From Candidatus Latescibacterota bacterium (lineage in GTDB: Bacteria; Latescibacterota; UBA2968; UBA8231), in the NCBI GenBank assembly GCA_965221775.1, contig CBDCSU010000004.1, positions 992,001-1,056,000 on the forward strand: DNA of 64,000 nucleotides, written 5' to 3'. The notes beneath the pieces were generated by a model. It was not told where the DNA came from. It ran no database searches and saw only the letters and a program-made list of their open reading frames with translations. Shown here piece after piece: positions 48,958 to 58,677 of the stretch (position 1 is the first letter of the stretch; each line of letters starts with the position of its first letter). The position numbers and the translations under genes are program-made.

Positions 48958-49929
48958 ATGGCCACCAGGGCACAGAGAGTCCGTCTCGCCCTCTTCCTCG
49001 CCTTCTCCATCAGCGTTCTGGCCGGCTTCCTGCTCGTGGTGGCCGGGTCCCAGTTGCTGCTGAAGCGGGTGACCTACTACATCGAGTTCGACGAGTCCGT
49101 CGGCGGTCTCTCGGCCGGTGATCCCGTCAAGTACCAGGGTATCACCGTCGGGCGCGTGGAGGGCGCGCGGGTCTCGCCCGACGAGATCGGCGTCGTCCTC
49201 GTCGAGATCTCCCTGGAGGCCAGCAAGGTTCCCAACCTGATCCGCACCGACACGCAGGCGCGGCTCTTCAGCCAGGGCGTGACCGGCCTGAAGTACATCG
49301 AGCTGAGCTCCGGGTCGCCCGACGCGCCGCTCCTCGAGCCGGGTGAGGTGCTGCCGGCGCGGGCGACCTTCCTGTCGAACATGGAGGAACGGGCCGAGGT
49401 GCTCATGGTGCGCATCGAGGACCTGCTGACCAATCTCACGGCGATGACGGCGGAGCGGAACCAGCGCCGCCTGGGCCGGATGATCGAGGCCGGCTCGGAG
49501 CTGATGGAGAACACCAACGCCCTGATCACGGACAGCCGGGGCGACTTGGGAGAGACGGTCGCCAACCTGGCCCTGGTCACCGACAACCTCGCGGCCACCA
49601 CCGCCTCCATGAACGCCGCCATGGACTCGATCCGGGCCCTCACCTCGGCCGAGGAGACGAGGGCCGCCCTTGTCGATCTCAGGCTGTCGATCCGCGTCCT
49701 CCGCGAGCACCTCGAGGGCCCCGTGCCCGAGCTGCTGGCCAGCCTGCACCAGATGACGGGGACGATCGACGCCACCGTCACCCACGTCGACCGGACGGTA
49801 CTGCAGAGCCGCAAGAACATCCTCGACGCCATGCAGAGCCTGGAGGAGACCCTGCTCAACGTGCGCCAGGCCACCGAGCTGATCCGCGAGAACCCCGCCG
49901 TGCTCCTTCGTGGAAGGACGGACCCATGA
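48958..49929 (+). CDS. MCE/MlaD-family protein with long helical C-terminus
   Basis: N-terminal TM; FDESVGGLSAGDPVKYQGITVGRV, QGVTGLKYIEL; about 170 aa helical region ending NPAVLLRG. Confidence 0.92.
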   Translation: MATRAQRVRLALFLAFSISVLAGFLLVVAGSQLLLKRVTYYIEFDESVGGLSAGDPVKYQGITVGRVEGARVSPDEIGVVLVEISLEASKVPNLIRTDTQARLFSQGVTGLKYIELSSGSPDAPLLEPGEVLPARATFLSNMEERAEVLMVRIEDLLTNLTAMTAERNQRRLGRMIEAGSELMENTNALITDSRGDLGETVANLALVTDNLAATTASMNAAMDSIRALTSAEETRAALVDLRLSIRVLREHLEGPVPELLASLHQMTGTIDATVTHVDRTVLQSRKNILDAMQSLEETLLNVRQATELIRENPAVLLRGRTDP

Positions 49930-50720
49930 CCCTCCGTTCAAGCTGCGGACGGGGCGCCGCGGTCCTGCTGGCCCTGCTGGCGGCCGGCGGCTGCTCGAGT
50001 CTCTTCGCGGGCAAGGCCGAGATCCCCGAGCGCCGCAAGTTCATCATCGAGGGCCAGCCCCTGCCCCTGAAACTGCCCTTCTCGGAACGCCCCTACGAGA
50101 TGAAGGTCCAGATCGAGCGCTTCGCCATCTCCAAGTTCTACGAGCGCGATCAGATCATCTACCGGCTGTCACCCGAGGAGATCCGCGACGACCGCTACAA
50201 CCTCTGGGCCGTGCGGCCGAGCGAGATGATCACCAACGCCGTCGCCGGCTACCTCCGGGGGGCGGGCCTGTTCACCGACTTCCGCCCGGACTTCCTCGAC
50301 GTCGCCCCGGAGTTCACCCTCACCGGGACGATCGACGCCATCGAGCGCTTCGATTCGGGAGACCGCTGGTGGGCGCGGCTCGACGGCTCCCTGAAACTCG
50401 TGGACGGCGAAGGCCGGATCTTCTGGCAGCACCGGTTCGCACCGAACGAGATGGAGGTCTTCGAACGGGACATGGTCTTCACCGTGCAGGGCATGAACCA
50501 GATCCTGCTCCAGAACATGATCGAGGCCATCCGCTCTCTCGACCGGGCCCTGCTGATCCGCAAGGCCAGCGCCGAGGGCCGCGACCTGACGGGGCTGCTG
50601 GAGGAGGAGGGCGGGAACGGGATCGCCGTGCTGACCGAGGACCAGACGGAGGAGGTCCCGCGCGAGACCGAGGACTACATCGTGGTGCCGGGGAAGCTGG
50701 CGCCGCAGGGGGACCGATGA
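49926..50720 (+). CDS. PqiC-like ABC auxiliary lipoprotein
   Basis: Lipobox AGG-C; YERDQIIYR, YNLWAVRPSEM, LTGTIDAIE; follows MCE gene with overlap. Confidence 0.8.
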   Translation: MTLRSSCGRGAAVLLALLAAGGCSSLFAGKAEIPERRKFIIEGQPLPLKLPFSERPYEMKVQIERFAISKFYERDQIIYRLSPEEIRDDRYNLWAVRPSEMITNAVAGYLRGAGLFTDFRPDFLDVAPEFTLTGTIDAIERFDSGDRWWARLDGSLKLVDGEGRIFWQHRFAPNEMEVFERDMVFTVQGMNQILLQNMIEAIRSLDRALLIRKASAEGRDLTGLLEEEGGNGIAVLTEDQTEEVPRETEDYIVVPGKLAPQGDR

Positions 50721-52231
50721 TGCGCACCCCCCTGGCCTGTGCCTTCCTCCTCGCCGTGACCATGGCCGCCGCGGCCGACGAGAGCACCTGGTCGGCCGCC
50801 TCCCCCCACGCCCAGTTGTCTCGCGACCCGGCCCTGCTGCCCAAGGGCAAGGGGATGCTTTTCATCCCCACCATGACCCTGCCCATCGGCAACGAGCCCA
50901 AGGTCCAGGTCTTCCGGGACGGCCGCGAGGTCCGGTTCGCCTCCCCGGGCCGCGGCCTGGCCCTCGACCCCGGGATCTACCAGGTCCGGTTCGGCTCCGG
51001 GAACCTCGCTCAGCTGATCCGCAAGGACGTGCCCATCTTCGAGGACGAGACGACGCTGCTGAAGCCGACCTGGTCGGCCCTGGTGATCGACGTCATCGAT
51101 CAGACACGGACCTCGGTGAACGAGAGCTACGAGCTCTTCGACGAGAGCGGCGAGAGCTACGGGCCCGGTTTCGGCATCGAGGAGGAGCGGGGAGAGCGGG
51201 TACGCACCTGGATTCTGAGGCCCGGGGTGTACAGCGTCGTGCGCCTCGGCGACTCCTTCGCCACCATCGACAAGTTCAGCGTGCAGCTGCTGCCGGGGGT
51301 CGTGACCCAGCGCAGCCTGGTCTACGACAGCGAGGCCGGTGAGTTCACCTCCTTCTACCAGCGGCCGCTGCTGCACACCCTGACTCCGCGCGAGACCTCC
51401 GCCGTCCTCTCCCAGACCGAGCTCTCCGGCTCCGTCCGCGTCAACACCTCCCAGAAGACGGCCGGCGACAATCTGACGAGCGCGAACCTCGCTCTCCAGC
51501 TCTTCAACCACACGCGCTACAACACCGACCGCCACTTCGCCAGCATCCGCGTCCTCATCGAGCAGGGCGACAGCTGGCAGGAAGGCCAGGAGCTGCAGAA
51601 GGGGATCGACCGCGCCGAGACCCGCGCCACCTACATATACCGGCTGTCGCCCCGCATCGGCCCGTACCTTCGCGGCGTGATCCACTCCAGCGTCTTCCCC
51701 TCGGAGACGCGCTTCCCGATGCCGCGCGACCTGATCCGCAACACGACCAGCGGCCGCATCGACACCCTCAGGCAGGTCACGCGGTTCACCACGGCACCCT
51801 CGTTCTCGCCGATCACCTTCCGCGAAGGCCTCGGCATCAACTCCCGGGTGTTCCGGTTCTTCGCCCTGAACACCGACCTGCGCCTGGGCATCGGGGCGCT
51901 TCAGGAGGTGTACAAGGACTTCTTCGACGTCCGCACCGACTCGGTGGCCACGAGGGTTACCGAGCTCAAGTCGTCCTCCACCTCCGGCGTCGAGGCTCTC
52001 GTGATCCTCGACGCCCGCCTGTCGAGGCTGGTCAGCCTCGACTCGGAGTTCGACATCCTCATGAGCTCGCCTGACTCGCAGGAGTGGTTCTTCACCTGGG
52101 AGAACCGCCTGCGCATCGCCCTGACGAGCTTCGTCAACCTCGACATCACCGTCGATCTCGAACGGACGCAGGGACTGCGGCGCCTGGCCGCCCGCGAGCA
52201 GGTACTGCTGCGCTTCTCCCGGCTCTTCTGA
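50717..52231 (+). CDS. Hypothetical secreted protein, probable outer-membrane beta-barrel
   Basis: Signal peptide; N-terminal beta-sandwich-like part; C-terminal alternating amphipathic strands ending LLRFSRLF. Confidence 0.7.
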   Translation: MMRTPLACAFLLAVTMAAAADESTWSAASPHAQLSRDPALLPKGKGMLFIPTMTLPIGNEPKVQVFRDGREVRFASPGRGLALDPGIYQVRFGSGNLAQLIRKDVPIFEDETTLLKPTWSALVIDVIDQTRTSVNESYELFDESGESYGPGFGIEEERGERVRTWILRPGVYSVVRLGDSFATIDKFSVQLLPGVVTQRSLVYDSEAGEFTSFYQRPLLHTLTPRETSAVLSQTELSGSVRVNTSQKTAGDNLTSANLALQLFNHTRYNTDRHFASIRVLIEQGDSWQEGQELQKGIDRAETRATYIYRLSPRIGPYLRGVIHSSVFPSETRFPMPRDLIRNTTSGRIDTLRQVTRFTTAPSFSPITFREGLGINSRVFRFFALNTDLRLGIGALQEVYKDFFDVRTDSVATRVTELKSSSTSGVEALVILDARLSRLVSLDSEFDILMSSPDSQEWFFTWENRLRIALTSFVNLDITVDLERTQGLRRLAAREQVLLRFSRLF

Positions 52232-52235
52232 CACC

Positions 52236-53333
52236 GTGGACGTGCAGCCCGAGGCCGGCGGCCGCCTCCGCATCACCGGGGCCTGCACCGTGGAGTCGGT
52301 GGCGGCAGGGTCCCGGCAGGTCCGGCTGCTCCTCCGCGACAGCGCGCACGCCGAGCTGACCGCCGACCTGTCGGGGATCACCCGCCTCGACACGGTGGGC
52401 GCCGTGTGGCTGCGGCGCCTGCCCTCCCTGGCATCCGAAGCCGGCCGCGGTCTGCACCTGGCCGCGGCGCCGGCATCGGTTCAGGCCCTGATCGACAGCG
52501 TCGACGCGGGCCCGCCGCCGGCCGCCGGCGCCGACTCCCGGGACGGGACGGGATTCCTCGAGCAGGTCGGCGAGGGCGCCTACCGCCGTTTCCAGGCGGG
52601 CCTCGACTTCCTGTACCTGGCCTCCGACCTGACCTGGGCCGCGGCCGCCTCCCCCTTCCGGCGACGGGGCGTGCGGCGCGGCGACTTCGTGCGGCAGTCG
52701 GCCGTCGTCGGGGCGGACGGGCTGCCGATCGTCGCCGTCATCCTCTTCCTGGTGGGCGGCGTCTCCACCCTGCAGGCGGCGGCCCAGCTGCGCCGCTTCG
52801 GGGCCAACGTGCTGGTGGCCGATCTCCTGTCCATCGGCATCACCCGCGAGCTGGGCCCGCTGATGACGGCGATCGTCATCGCCGGCCGCTCGGGGTCGGC
52901 CTTCGCCGCCGAGATCGCCTCGATGAAGTTCAACGAGGAGATCGACGCCCTGCGCACCATGGCCCTCGACCCGCTGCGGCTCGTGGCCGTACCGAAGATG
53001 TGGGCCATGCTCCTCACCCTTCCCCTGCTGACGATCGCCGCCGACTTCGTCGGTCTCCTGGGAGGTACGGTGACGGGGGTCCTCTCCCTCGACATCTCGC
53101 CCCAGGCCTTCGCCGGGCGCGTGCAGAGCGCCCTGTTGCTGAAGGATGTCCTCACCGGCCTGGTGAAGTCCCTCTCCTTCGCCTGGGTCATCACCGTCGT
53201 CTCCGTCTACCGGGGCCTGCGGGCGGGGGGCGGCGCCGCCGGCGTCGGGGCGGCGACCACCTCCTCGGTGGTCTCGTCGATCTTCGCGATCATCGTCCTC
53301 GACCTCACCTGGGGCCTCGTCTTCTACCTGTGA
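52236..53333 (+). CDS. MlaE-family permease with N-terminal STAS domain
   Basis: DLSGITRLDTVG (STAS); RELGPLMTAIVIAGRSGSAFAAEIASMK, EEIDAL, VGAATTSSVV. Confidence 0.93.
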   Translation: MDVQPEAGGRLRITGACTVESVAAGSRQVRLLLRDSAHAELTADLSGITRLDTVGAVWLRRLPSLASEAGRGLHLAAAPASVQALIDSVDAGPPPAAGADSRDGTGFLEQVGEGAYRRFQAGLDFLYLASDLTWAAAASPFRRRGVRRGDFVRQSAVVGADGLPIVAVILFLVGGVSTLQAAAQLRRFGANVLVADLLSIGITRELGPLMTAIVIAGRSGSAFAAEIASMKFNEEIDALRTMALDPLRLVAVPKMWAMLLTLPLLTIAADFVGLLGGTVTGVLSLDISPQAFAGRVQSALLLKDVLTGLVKSLSFAWVITVVSVYRGLRAGGGAAGVGAATTSSVVSSIFAIIVLDLTWGLVFYL

Positions 53334-54109
53334 CCGCCGCACCGCCACCCGGGGGACTGCCGCCCGGCGAGCCCGTCGTCGAGGTCCGCGGCCTGTCCGT
53401 GGCCTACGGAGAGCAGGCGCCGCCGGTCCTCGACGGCGTCGACCTCACCGTCCGCCGCGGCGACATGACCTGCATCGTCGGCGGCTCGGGTTGCGGCAAG
53501 AGCACGCTGCTGAAGACGGTGATCGGCCTCGTCTCTCCCCGCGCCGGTGACCTGGGCCTGCTCGGGGAGCCCCTGCACGAGCTGGCCGAGCCCGAGCGCG
53601 ACGCCCTGCTGAAGCGGGTGGGGGTGATGTTCCAGTACGGCGCCATGCTCGGCTCCCTGACGGTGGCGGAGAACGTCGGACTCCCCCTGCAGATGCACAC
53701 CGACCTGGAGCCGGCCCTGATCGACGACATCGTCGACACCCGTCTGGGGCTCGTCGGCCTGGCAGGGAGCGGCGGCAAGCTGCCCAGCGAGCTGTCGGGG
53801 GGCATGCGCAAGCGCGCCGCCCTGGCCCGCGCCATGGCCCTCGAGCCGGAGGTCCTGTTCTGCGACGAGCCCGGCGCCGGCCTGGACCCGGTGACCGCCG
53901 CCGGCATCGACCGCCTGCTCCTCTCCCTCAACCGGGGACAGGGGACGACGGTCGTTGTCGTCACCCACGAGTTGCTGAGCATCGAGCGCCTCGACGGCCA
54001 GCTCGTCATGCTCGACGGAGGACGGGTCGTCTTCGACGGCACGGTGCGCGCCGCCCGGGAGGAGCAGCGTGACGACCTGCGGCGGTTCTTCAATCCCTCC
54101 GCAGCATGA
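53330..54109 (+). CDS. MlaF-family ABC ATPase
   Basis: GGSGCGKST, FQYGAM, ELSGGMRKRAALARA, CDEP, VTHE. Confidence 0.93.
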   Translation: MTAAPPPGGLPPGEPVVEVRGLSVAYGEQAPPVLDGVDLTVRRGDMTCIVGGSGCGKSTLLKTVIGLVSPRAGDLGLLGEPLHELAEPERDALLKRVGVMFQYGAMLGSLTVAENVGLPLQMHTDLEPALIDDIVDTRLGLVGLAGSGGKLPSELSGGMRKRAALARAMALEPEVLFCDEPGAGLDPVTAAGIDRLLLSLNRGQGTTVVVVTHELLSIERLDGQLVMLDGGRVVFDGTVRAAREEQRDDLRRFFNPSAA

Positions 54110-54582
54110 AGATCTGCCTCATCGCGGCGGTCTCCCCCGATCTGGTGATCGGCCGCGACGGCGGCCTGCCCTGGCACTACCCGGCGGACATGCGCCACTT
54201 CATGCGCACCACCATGGGCCACGCCTGTCTCATGGGAAGGCGCACGTACGAGTCCCTGCCGCGCAGGCCCCTGCCCGGGCGTGCCAACCTCGTGCTGACG
54301 CGCAATCCCGACTACCCCGCCGTGGAGGGGATGCGGCCCTTCCTCGACCTGGAGTCCGCCCTCGACCATTGCCGCCGGGCCGGACGATGCCGGGTCTTCG
54401 TGTGCGGGGGGGCGAGCGTCTACGCCGAAGCCCTCCCCCTGGCCCACGAGATGGTCCTGACCCACGTGCCGGACCGCGTGGAGGGAGAGACCCGCTTCCC
54501 GGAATGGACGGCCCGGGAATGGACGGTCGCGGAAGAGAGCGAGGAGGGGAGGCTGCGTTTCGTCAGCTACCGGCGCAGGTGA
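54106..54582 (+). CDS. folA: Dihydrofolate reductase
   Basis: IGRDGGLPWHYPAD, MGRRTYES, PLPGR, GGASVY, GETRFP. Confidence 0.95.
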   Translation: MKICLIAAVSPDLVIGRDGGLPWHYPADMRHFMRTTMGHACLMGRRTYESLPRRPLPGRANLVLTRNPDYPAVEGMRPFLDLESALDHCRRAGRCRVFVCGGASVYAEALPLAHEMVLTHVPDRVEGETRFPEWTAREWTVAEESEEGRLRFVSYRRR

Positions 54583-54620
54583 GGGCACGCTGCTCGGGCC
54601 CGCTCCGAGCGCGGCACCGC

Positions 54621-55760
54621 TCAGAACACGGAGAGTTCCCGAAGCCGCGCCACGATCGCCGGCAGGACCTCGACGACGCGGTCGATGCCGGCCTCGTCGT
54701 TGCCCCACCCCAGACTGAAGCGCAGGGCCCCGGCGGCCAGCCGCGGCTCGATGCCCATGGCCAGCAGGACGTGGGAAGGCTCGGCGGCGCCCTCGGTGCA
54801 CGCCGAACCGCTCGAGGCGCAGATCCCCTCCAGGTCGAGGCCGACGAGGACCGCCTCGGCCTCGACGCCGCGGAAGGAGAGGTTGAGGGTGTTGCTCAGC
54901 CGGTGCACGCGGTGGCCGTGGACGACCACGTCCCCGATGCGCTCCCGCAGGGCCGACTCCAGGCGGTCCCTGAGCCGCCCGATCCGCCGCTCCTCATCCA
55001 CCATCTCCGCCCGCCGGATCGCGGCGGCGGCGCCGAAGCCGACGATGGCCGCCACGTTCTCGGTGCCGGCCCGCAGCCCGCGCTCGTGCCCGCCCCCGAC
55101 CTGCCAGGGCTCCAGGGAGGTGCCCTGGCGCACGTACAGGGCGCCCACGCCCTTGGGACCGTTGATCTTGTGGGCCGAGAGAGAGACCAGGTCCGCCTCC
55201 AGGTCGTCGACCCGGGTGGGGATCTTGCCGAAGGCCTGCACGGCGTCGACGTGGAAGGGCACCCCGCGTTGGCGCAGGAGGGCGCCGATCTCGGCGGCCG
55301 GCTGGATCGTCCCGGTCTCGTTGTTGGCCAGGATGAGGGAGACCACCGCGGCGCCCTCGGCCGCCTCCAGGACCCGCTCCGGATCGACCCGGCCCGCCGC
55401 GTCCACCGGGAGGAGGACGACCTGGCGGCCGGACCGCGCAAGCTCCTCGGCGGCTTGGAGGACGGCGTGGTGCTCCACGGAGGAGACGACGACGGGGCCC
55501 TGCGAGGAGGCCGCCGTGCCTCGCAGGGCCCAGTTGTCGGCCTCGGTCCCGCCGCTGGTGAAGTGGATCTCCGCCGGATCGCAGGCGAGGAGCCCGGCGA
55601 TCTGTCCGCGGGCCCCTTCGACGGCTTCGCGGGCCCTCCGTCCGGGGCCGTGGCGGCTGGAGGGATTGCCGAACTCCTCGCCGAGGTACGGCCACATCGC
55701 CTCCCGGACTTCGGGCCGCACCGGCGTCGTGGCGTTGTGGTCGAGGTAGATCACCTTCAC
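54621..55760 (-). CDS. Cysteine desulfurase (NifS/IscS-like, second copy)
   Basis: YLDHNATTP, FGNPSS, SGGTEADN, SAHKINGPKG, SGSAC, SHVL. Confidence 0.93.
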   Translation of the reverse strand: MKVIYLDHNATTPVRPEVREAMWPYLGEEFGNPSSRHGPGRRAREAVEGARGQIAGLLACDPAEIHFTSGGTEADNWALRGTAASSQGPVVVSSVEHHAVLQAAEELARSGRQVVLLPVDAAGRVDPERVLEAAEGAAVVSLILANNETGTIQPAAEIGALLRQRGVPFHVDAVQAFGKIPTRVDDLEADLVSLSAHKINGPKGVGALYVRQGTSLEPWQVGGGHERGLRAGTENVAAIVGFGAAAAIRRAEMVDEERRIGRLRDRLESALRERIGDVVVHGHRVHRLSNTLNLSFRGVEAEAVLVGLDLEGICASSGSACTEGAAEPSHVLLAMGIEPRLAAGALRFSLGWGNDEAGIDRVVEVLPAIVARLRELSVF

Positions 55761-56911
55761 CGGTAGCGCACGAGGGCGCTGTAGGCGCGGGCGATGACCG
55801 TCCCCTCGAGGCGCTCCCCGGGACTGTCGAAGGTGGTGCCGTCGTCGTACACGAACCGCTCCTGCTCTCCCCTCTCCACCCCCTCGGGGCCGCGGCTGAC
55901 CGCGACGGAGTCGGCTCCCGCGGTGCGCTGCAGCAGGCGGGCCACGGCGGCGTCCACCAGGTCGAGGCCGACGAACCGGTCGAGGCGCCCCTCGGACTGC
56001 AGCTGATCGAGCTCCTCCCAGAGGGTGCTGCGATCCTCCTCGATGCGCGGCGCCGCCAGAAAGTAGAGGGTATGGACCAGGTCGTCCCGGGAAAGGGTGT
56101 GCCAGGCGTTCTCGCCCGGGGCGTAGTACCATCTTCCTCCGTAGATCGTGGCCCCGCCCACCAGCGGATGGGTCGCGCCGTCGGACAGGAGCAGGAAGGC
56201 CAGGACCTCGCAGTCACGGTCGGCCCGGTAGCGCAGCTGGATTTGGTCGTCCACGGCCAGCATGCCCCCCTCCTCGAAGTCGATCCTCTCCGGGAACCCA
56301 CCCTCTTCACGCCGCACCAGCAGGTGCAGCTCGATCTCGATCGGTCGCGCCACCTCGGCGACGGCACCGGTCAGGCGGCGGCTTCGGTCCCGGACGAGAC
56401 GGACCAGGTCGCGCTCGGCGATCCTGGAGCCGTGATCCTGGTGCACCCGGCCGGTCAGGGGATCGGCCAGCACCAGGCGCAGGTAGGCCCACGGCGGCTC
56501 GACGCGCAGCTGGCCTCCGGCCACCAGGTCGCCCGGCAGTTGCCGCCAGTCGTCGGGCAGGGGGGATTCCCCGGACCAGTCGAGGTCCTCCGCCGAGGCC
56601 GAGCCGGCGATGCCGGCGTCGGGCAGGGCCAGCACCCCGGCGCGCACCGCAGCCGAGAGCCACGCCTCGTCGAGGGCCTCGGTCTCGACCGAGGTCTTGC
56701 CGTCGGCGTGCCGGAACCCGGAGATGGTCACCGTCCGGCCCTGGTGGGGCCAGTCGCCGAGGAGCCTGCCAAGGGAGGTTTCGGCATCGGCTGGCCGGGG
56801 GGCGCTGCGTCCCGGAAAGCCGCAGCCCAGGCATAGGGCCAGGGCCGCGAGGGACGCCCATTCGGCGGCCTTCGGGGTGCGCCCGGGGCGGCGGCTCCCG
56901 CTTCGCTGCAT
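55757..56911 (-). CDS. Hypothetical lipoprotein (C-terminal DUF4384-like domain)
   Basis: Lipobox-like CLG-C; MLAVDDQIQLRYRADRDCEV...SDG resembles DUF4384; coupled on both sides. Confidence 0.6.
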   Translation of the reverse strand: MQRSGSRRPGRTPKAAEWASLAALALCLGCGFPGRSAPRPADAETSLGRLLGDWPHQGRTVTISGFRHADGKTSVETEALDEAWLSAAVRAGVLALPDAGIAGSASAEDLDWSGESPLPDDWRQLPGDLVAGGQLRVEPPWAYLRLVLADPLTGRVHQDHGSRIAERDLVRLVRDRSRRLTGAVAEVARPIEIELHLLVRREEGGFPERIDFEEGGMLAVDDQIQLRYRADRDCEVLAFLLLSDGATHPLVGGATIYGGRWYYAPGENAWHTLSRDDLVHTLYFLAAPRIEEDRSTLWEELDQLQSEGRLDRFVGLDLVDAAVARLLQRTAGADSVAVSRGPEGVERGEQERFVYDDGTTFDSPGERLEGTVIARAYSALVRYR

Positions 56912-58677
56912 CACTGTGCTGACCCTGCCTTCTCCAGGCGCCGCAGGACCGGCAGGAACCTCCCGGTCACGATCCTCTCCCAGCCCATCTCCGAGGCCGC
57001 CTCGTGCCCGGCCTCCAGCAGCCGCTCCCCTTCCGCGTCGGAGGCGGGTAGCGCGCCGGCCAGGGCCGAGGCCACCGCCGCGCCGCAGGCGCGCTCGCCG
57101 GCCTCCAGGACGCCGTCGTCCAGATCGAGAAAGGCCGCCGGATCGGCGCCCTCTGCCGGGCCGGCCCCGCCCCGGAGTGTGTAGCCGCCGCAGACGTGGG
57201 TGGCCGGCTTCCCGGGGGCCGTCGCCTGGCGCAGGAAGCCGGCGCAGCCGCAGGCATCGCTGACGACGCTCAGGGCGCCGAAGGCGAGGGCCTCCACCTG
57301 GGCGATGCCGAAGGGCTCGTACGTCGACAGCCCGAACTCGGCGTCGCTGCCCCGCCGCAGGTCCTCGAGGCCCATCCCCGGGGGAACGGCGCCCCCCGTG
57401 CTGCCGGCGTCGAAACCGAACTGATTGAAGAACACCACCTTCGTCCGACGGCTGCGGGCGTTGTGGTCTCTCACCCGCTGGTCGAAGCCCAGTTCCCCCG
57501 GGGTCAGATCGGGAGGGCCCTCGCGGTGGGCGGTGGGCCATCCGTACTCGGCGCGCATGGCCGCCACCGCCTCCGGCGGACGGGGCTCCGCGTCGGTGGC
57601 CAGGACGATCAGCGCCCAGGGGCCCGTCGACGGCGCCACGGCCTCGAGCCCCTCCAGGACCTGCAGGTCCCGCCAGAACCCCTTGCTCGGCACGAGCCGT
57701 CCCACGTGGGTGAAGACCCCGCGGGGACGGCAGCCTGTCAGGCTCTCGACGAGCCCGGCGAGGCTCTCCCGCGCCCGGCGGCGGTCCGCCGGGGCGAGGG
57801 CCGGCGCGGGGGGCAGGCCGTTGTAGACCCGGTCGATCTCCAGGCCGGCGAATTCCCGGCCGAGGAAACGCAGCTCCTCGACGACGAGATCGCCCACGGC
57901 GAGCACCGCGTGGCAGCGCCAGGCCCGGGAGACCAGGGCGTGCTTGAAGAAGTCGTCCTGCGGACCGAAGACGTCCTCCACGAAGCATCCGCGGGGGATG
58001 GCCGCTCGCAGGGCTCCGTAGAAGCGGGCGTCCCCTCCCGGGCCTCGCTCCACGAGGCGCCGGGCGGTGGCCACCTCGTGGGCGTAAAACAGGGTGTGCA
58101 CGCCGGGCTCGTCGGCCAGGAGGGCCTTGAAGGCCGTGGGCAGGCCCATGAACTCGTGGGCCAGGACGTGCAGCGGCCGCCCGCGGCGGTCGCCGAGGAG
58201 GGCGAGGACGGCCTCGTAGGCGGGCTCCGCCAGACGCACGTAGAGCTCGTATTCCCACTCCTCCTCGTAGCGGTCGGAGGCGAGTCCGAAGGCCTGGTAG
58301 AGCTGATGCTTGAAGCGATCCAGTCCGTTGGGGGCGCCGCTCTCCAAATCGACGAGGAGCACCTCAGGTTCCACCGCGGCCCCGTCCGGGCACCGGAGCC
58401 GCCGCCGGCCGTAGAGGATGCGCACTCCGCGGCGGGCCTCCACCTTGGACAGCGCCTCCCCCGCCGCGTCGGAGCGCACCCCGTTCCGGCTGTCGTGGAG
58501 GAGGATGCCCTCCGGTCCCAGGGCCTCGCTGCCCGGGCGCCTGAGGAGCGGCCCCACGAGGATCGTCCGCTCAACGGCCCGCCGGTAGGACCCGGCGGTG
58601 ATCAGCCCCGTGAGCACGGCGCCGATGCCGCCGACCTTGTGGACCGCCTCGTGGGTGACGTGGACGACGGTGGTCAC
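56911..58677 (-). CDS. Glycogen synthase-like glycosyltransferase (GT3/GT-B)
   Basis: HEAVHKVGGIGAV (KxGG), AHEFMG, YAHE, GRLVPSKG, STYEPFG; GTG overlaps upstream stop. Confidence 0.75.
   Translation of the reverse strand: MTTVVHVTHEAVHKVGGIGAVLTGLITAGSYRRAVERTILVGPLLRRPGSEALGPEGILLHDSRNGVRSDAAGEALSKVEARRGVRILYGRRRLRCPDGAAVEPEVLLVDLESGAPNGLDRFKHQLYQAFGLASDRYEEEWEYELYVRLAEPAYEAVLALLGDRRGRPLHVLAHEFMGLPTAFKALLADEPGVHTLFYAHEVATARRLVERGPGGDARFYGALRAAIPRGCFVEDVFGPQDDFFKHALVSRAWRCHAVLAVGDLVVEELRFLGREFAGLEIDRVYNGLPPAPALAPADRRRARESLAGLVESLTGCRPRGVFTHVGRLVPSKGFWRDLQVLEGLEAVAPSTGPWALIVLATDAEPRPPEAVAAMRAEYGWPTAHREGPPDLTPGELGFDQRVRDHNARSRRTKVVFFNQFGFDAGSTGGAVPPGMGLEDLRRGSDAEFGLSTYEPFGIAQVEALAFGALSVVSDACGCAGFLRQATAPGKPATHVCGGYTLRGGAGPAEGADPAAFLDLDDGVLEAGERACGAAVASALAGALPASDAEGERLLEAGHEAASEMGWERIVTGRFLPVLRRLEKAGSAQ

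Noticed and set aside
54106-54582. folA coupled to mlaF as part of the MCE system
   Set aside because: Ordinary DHFR; overlaps between unrelated genes are common throughout this window
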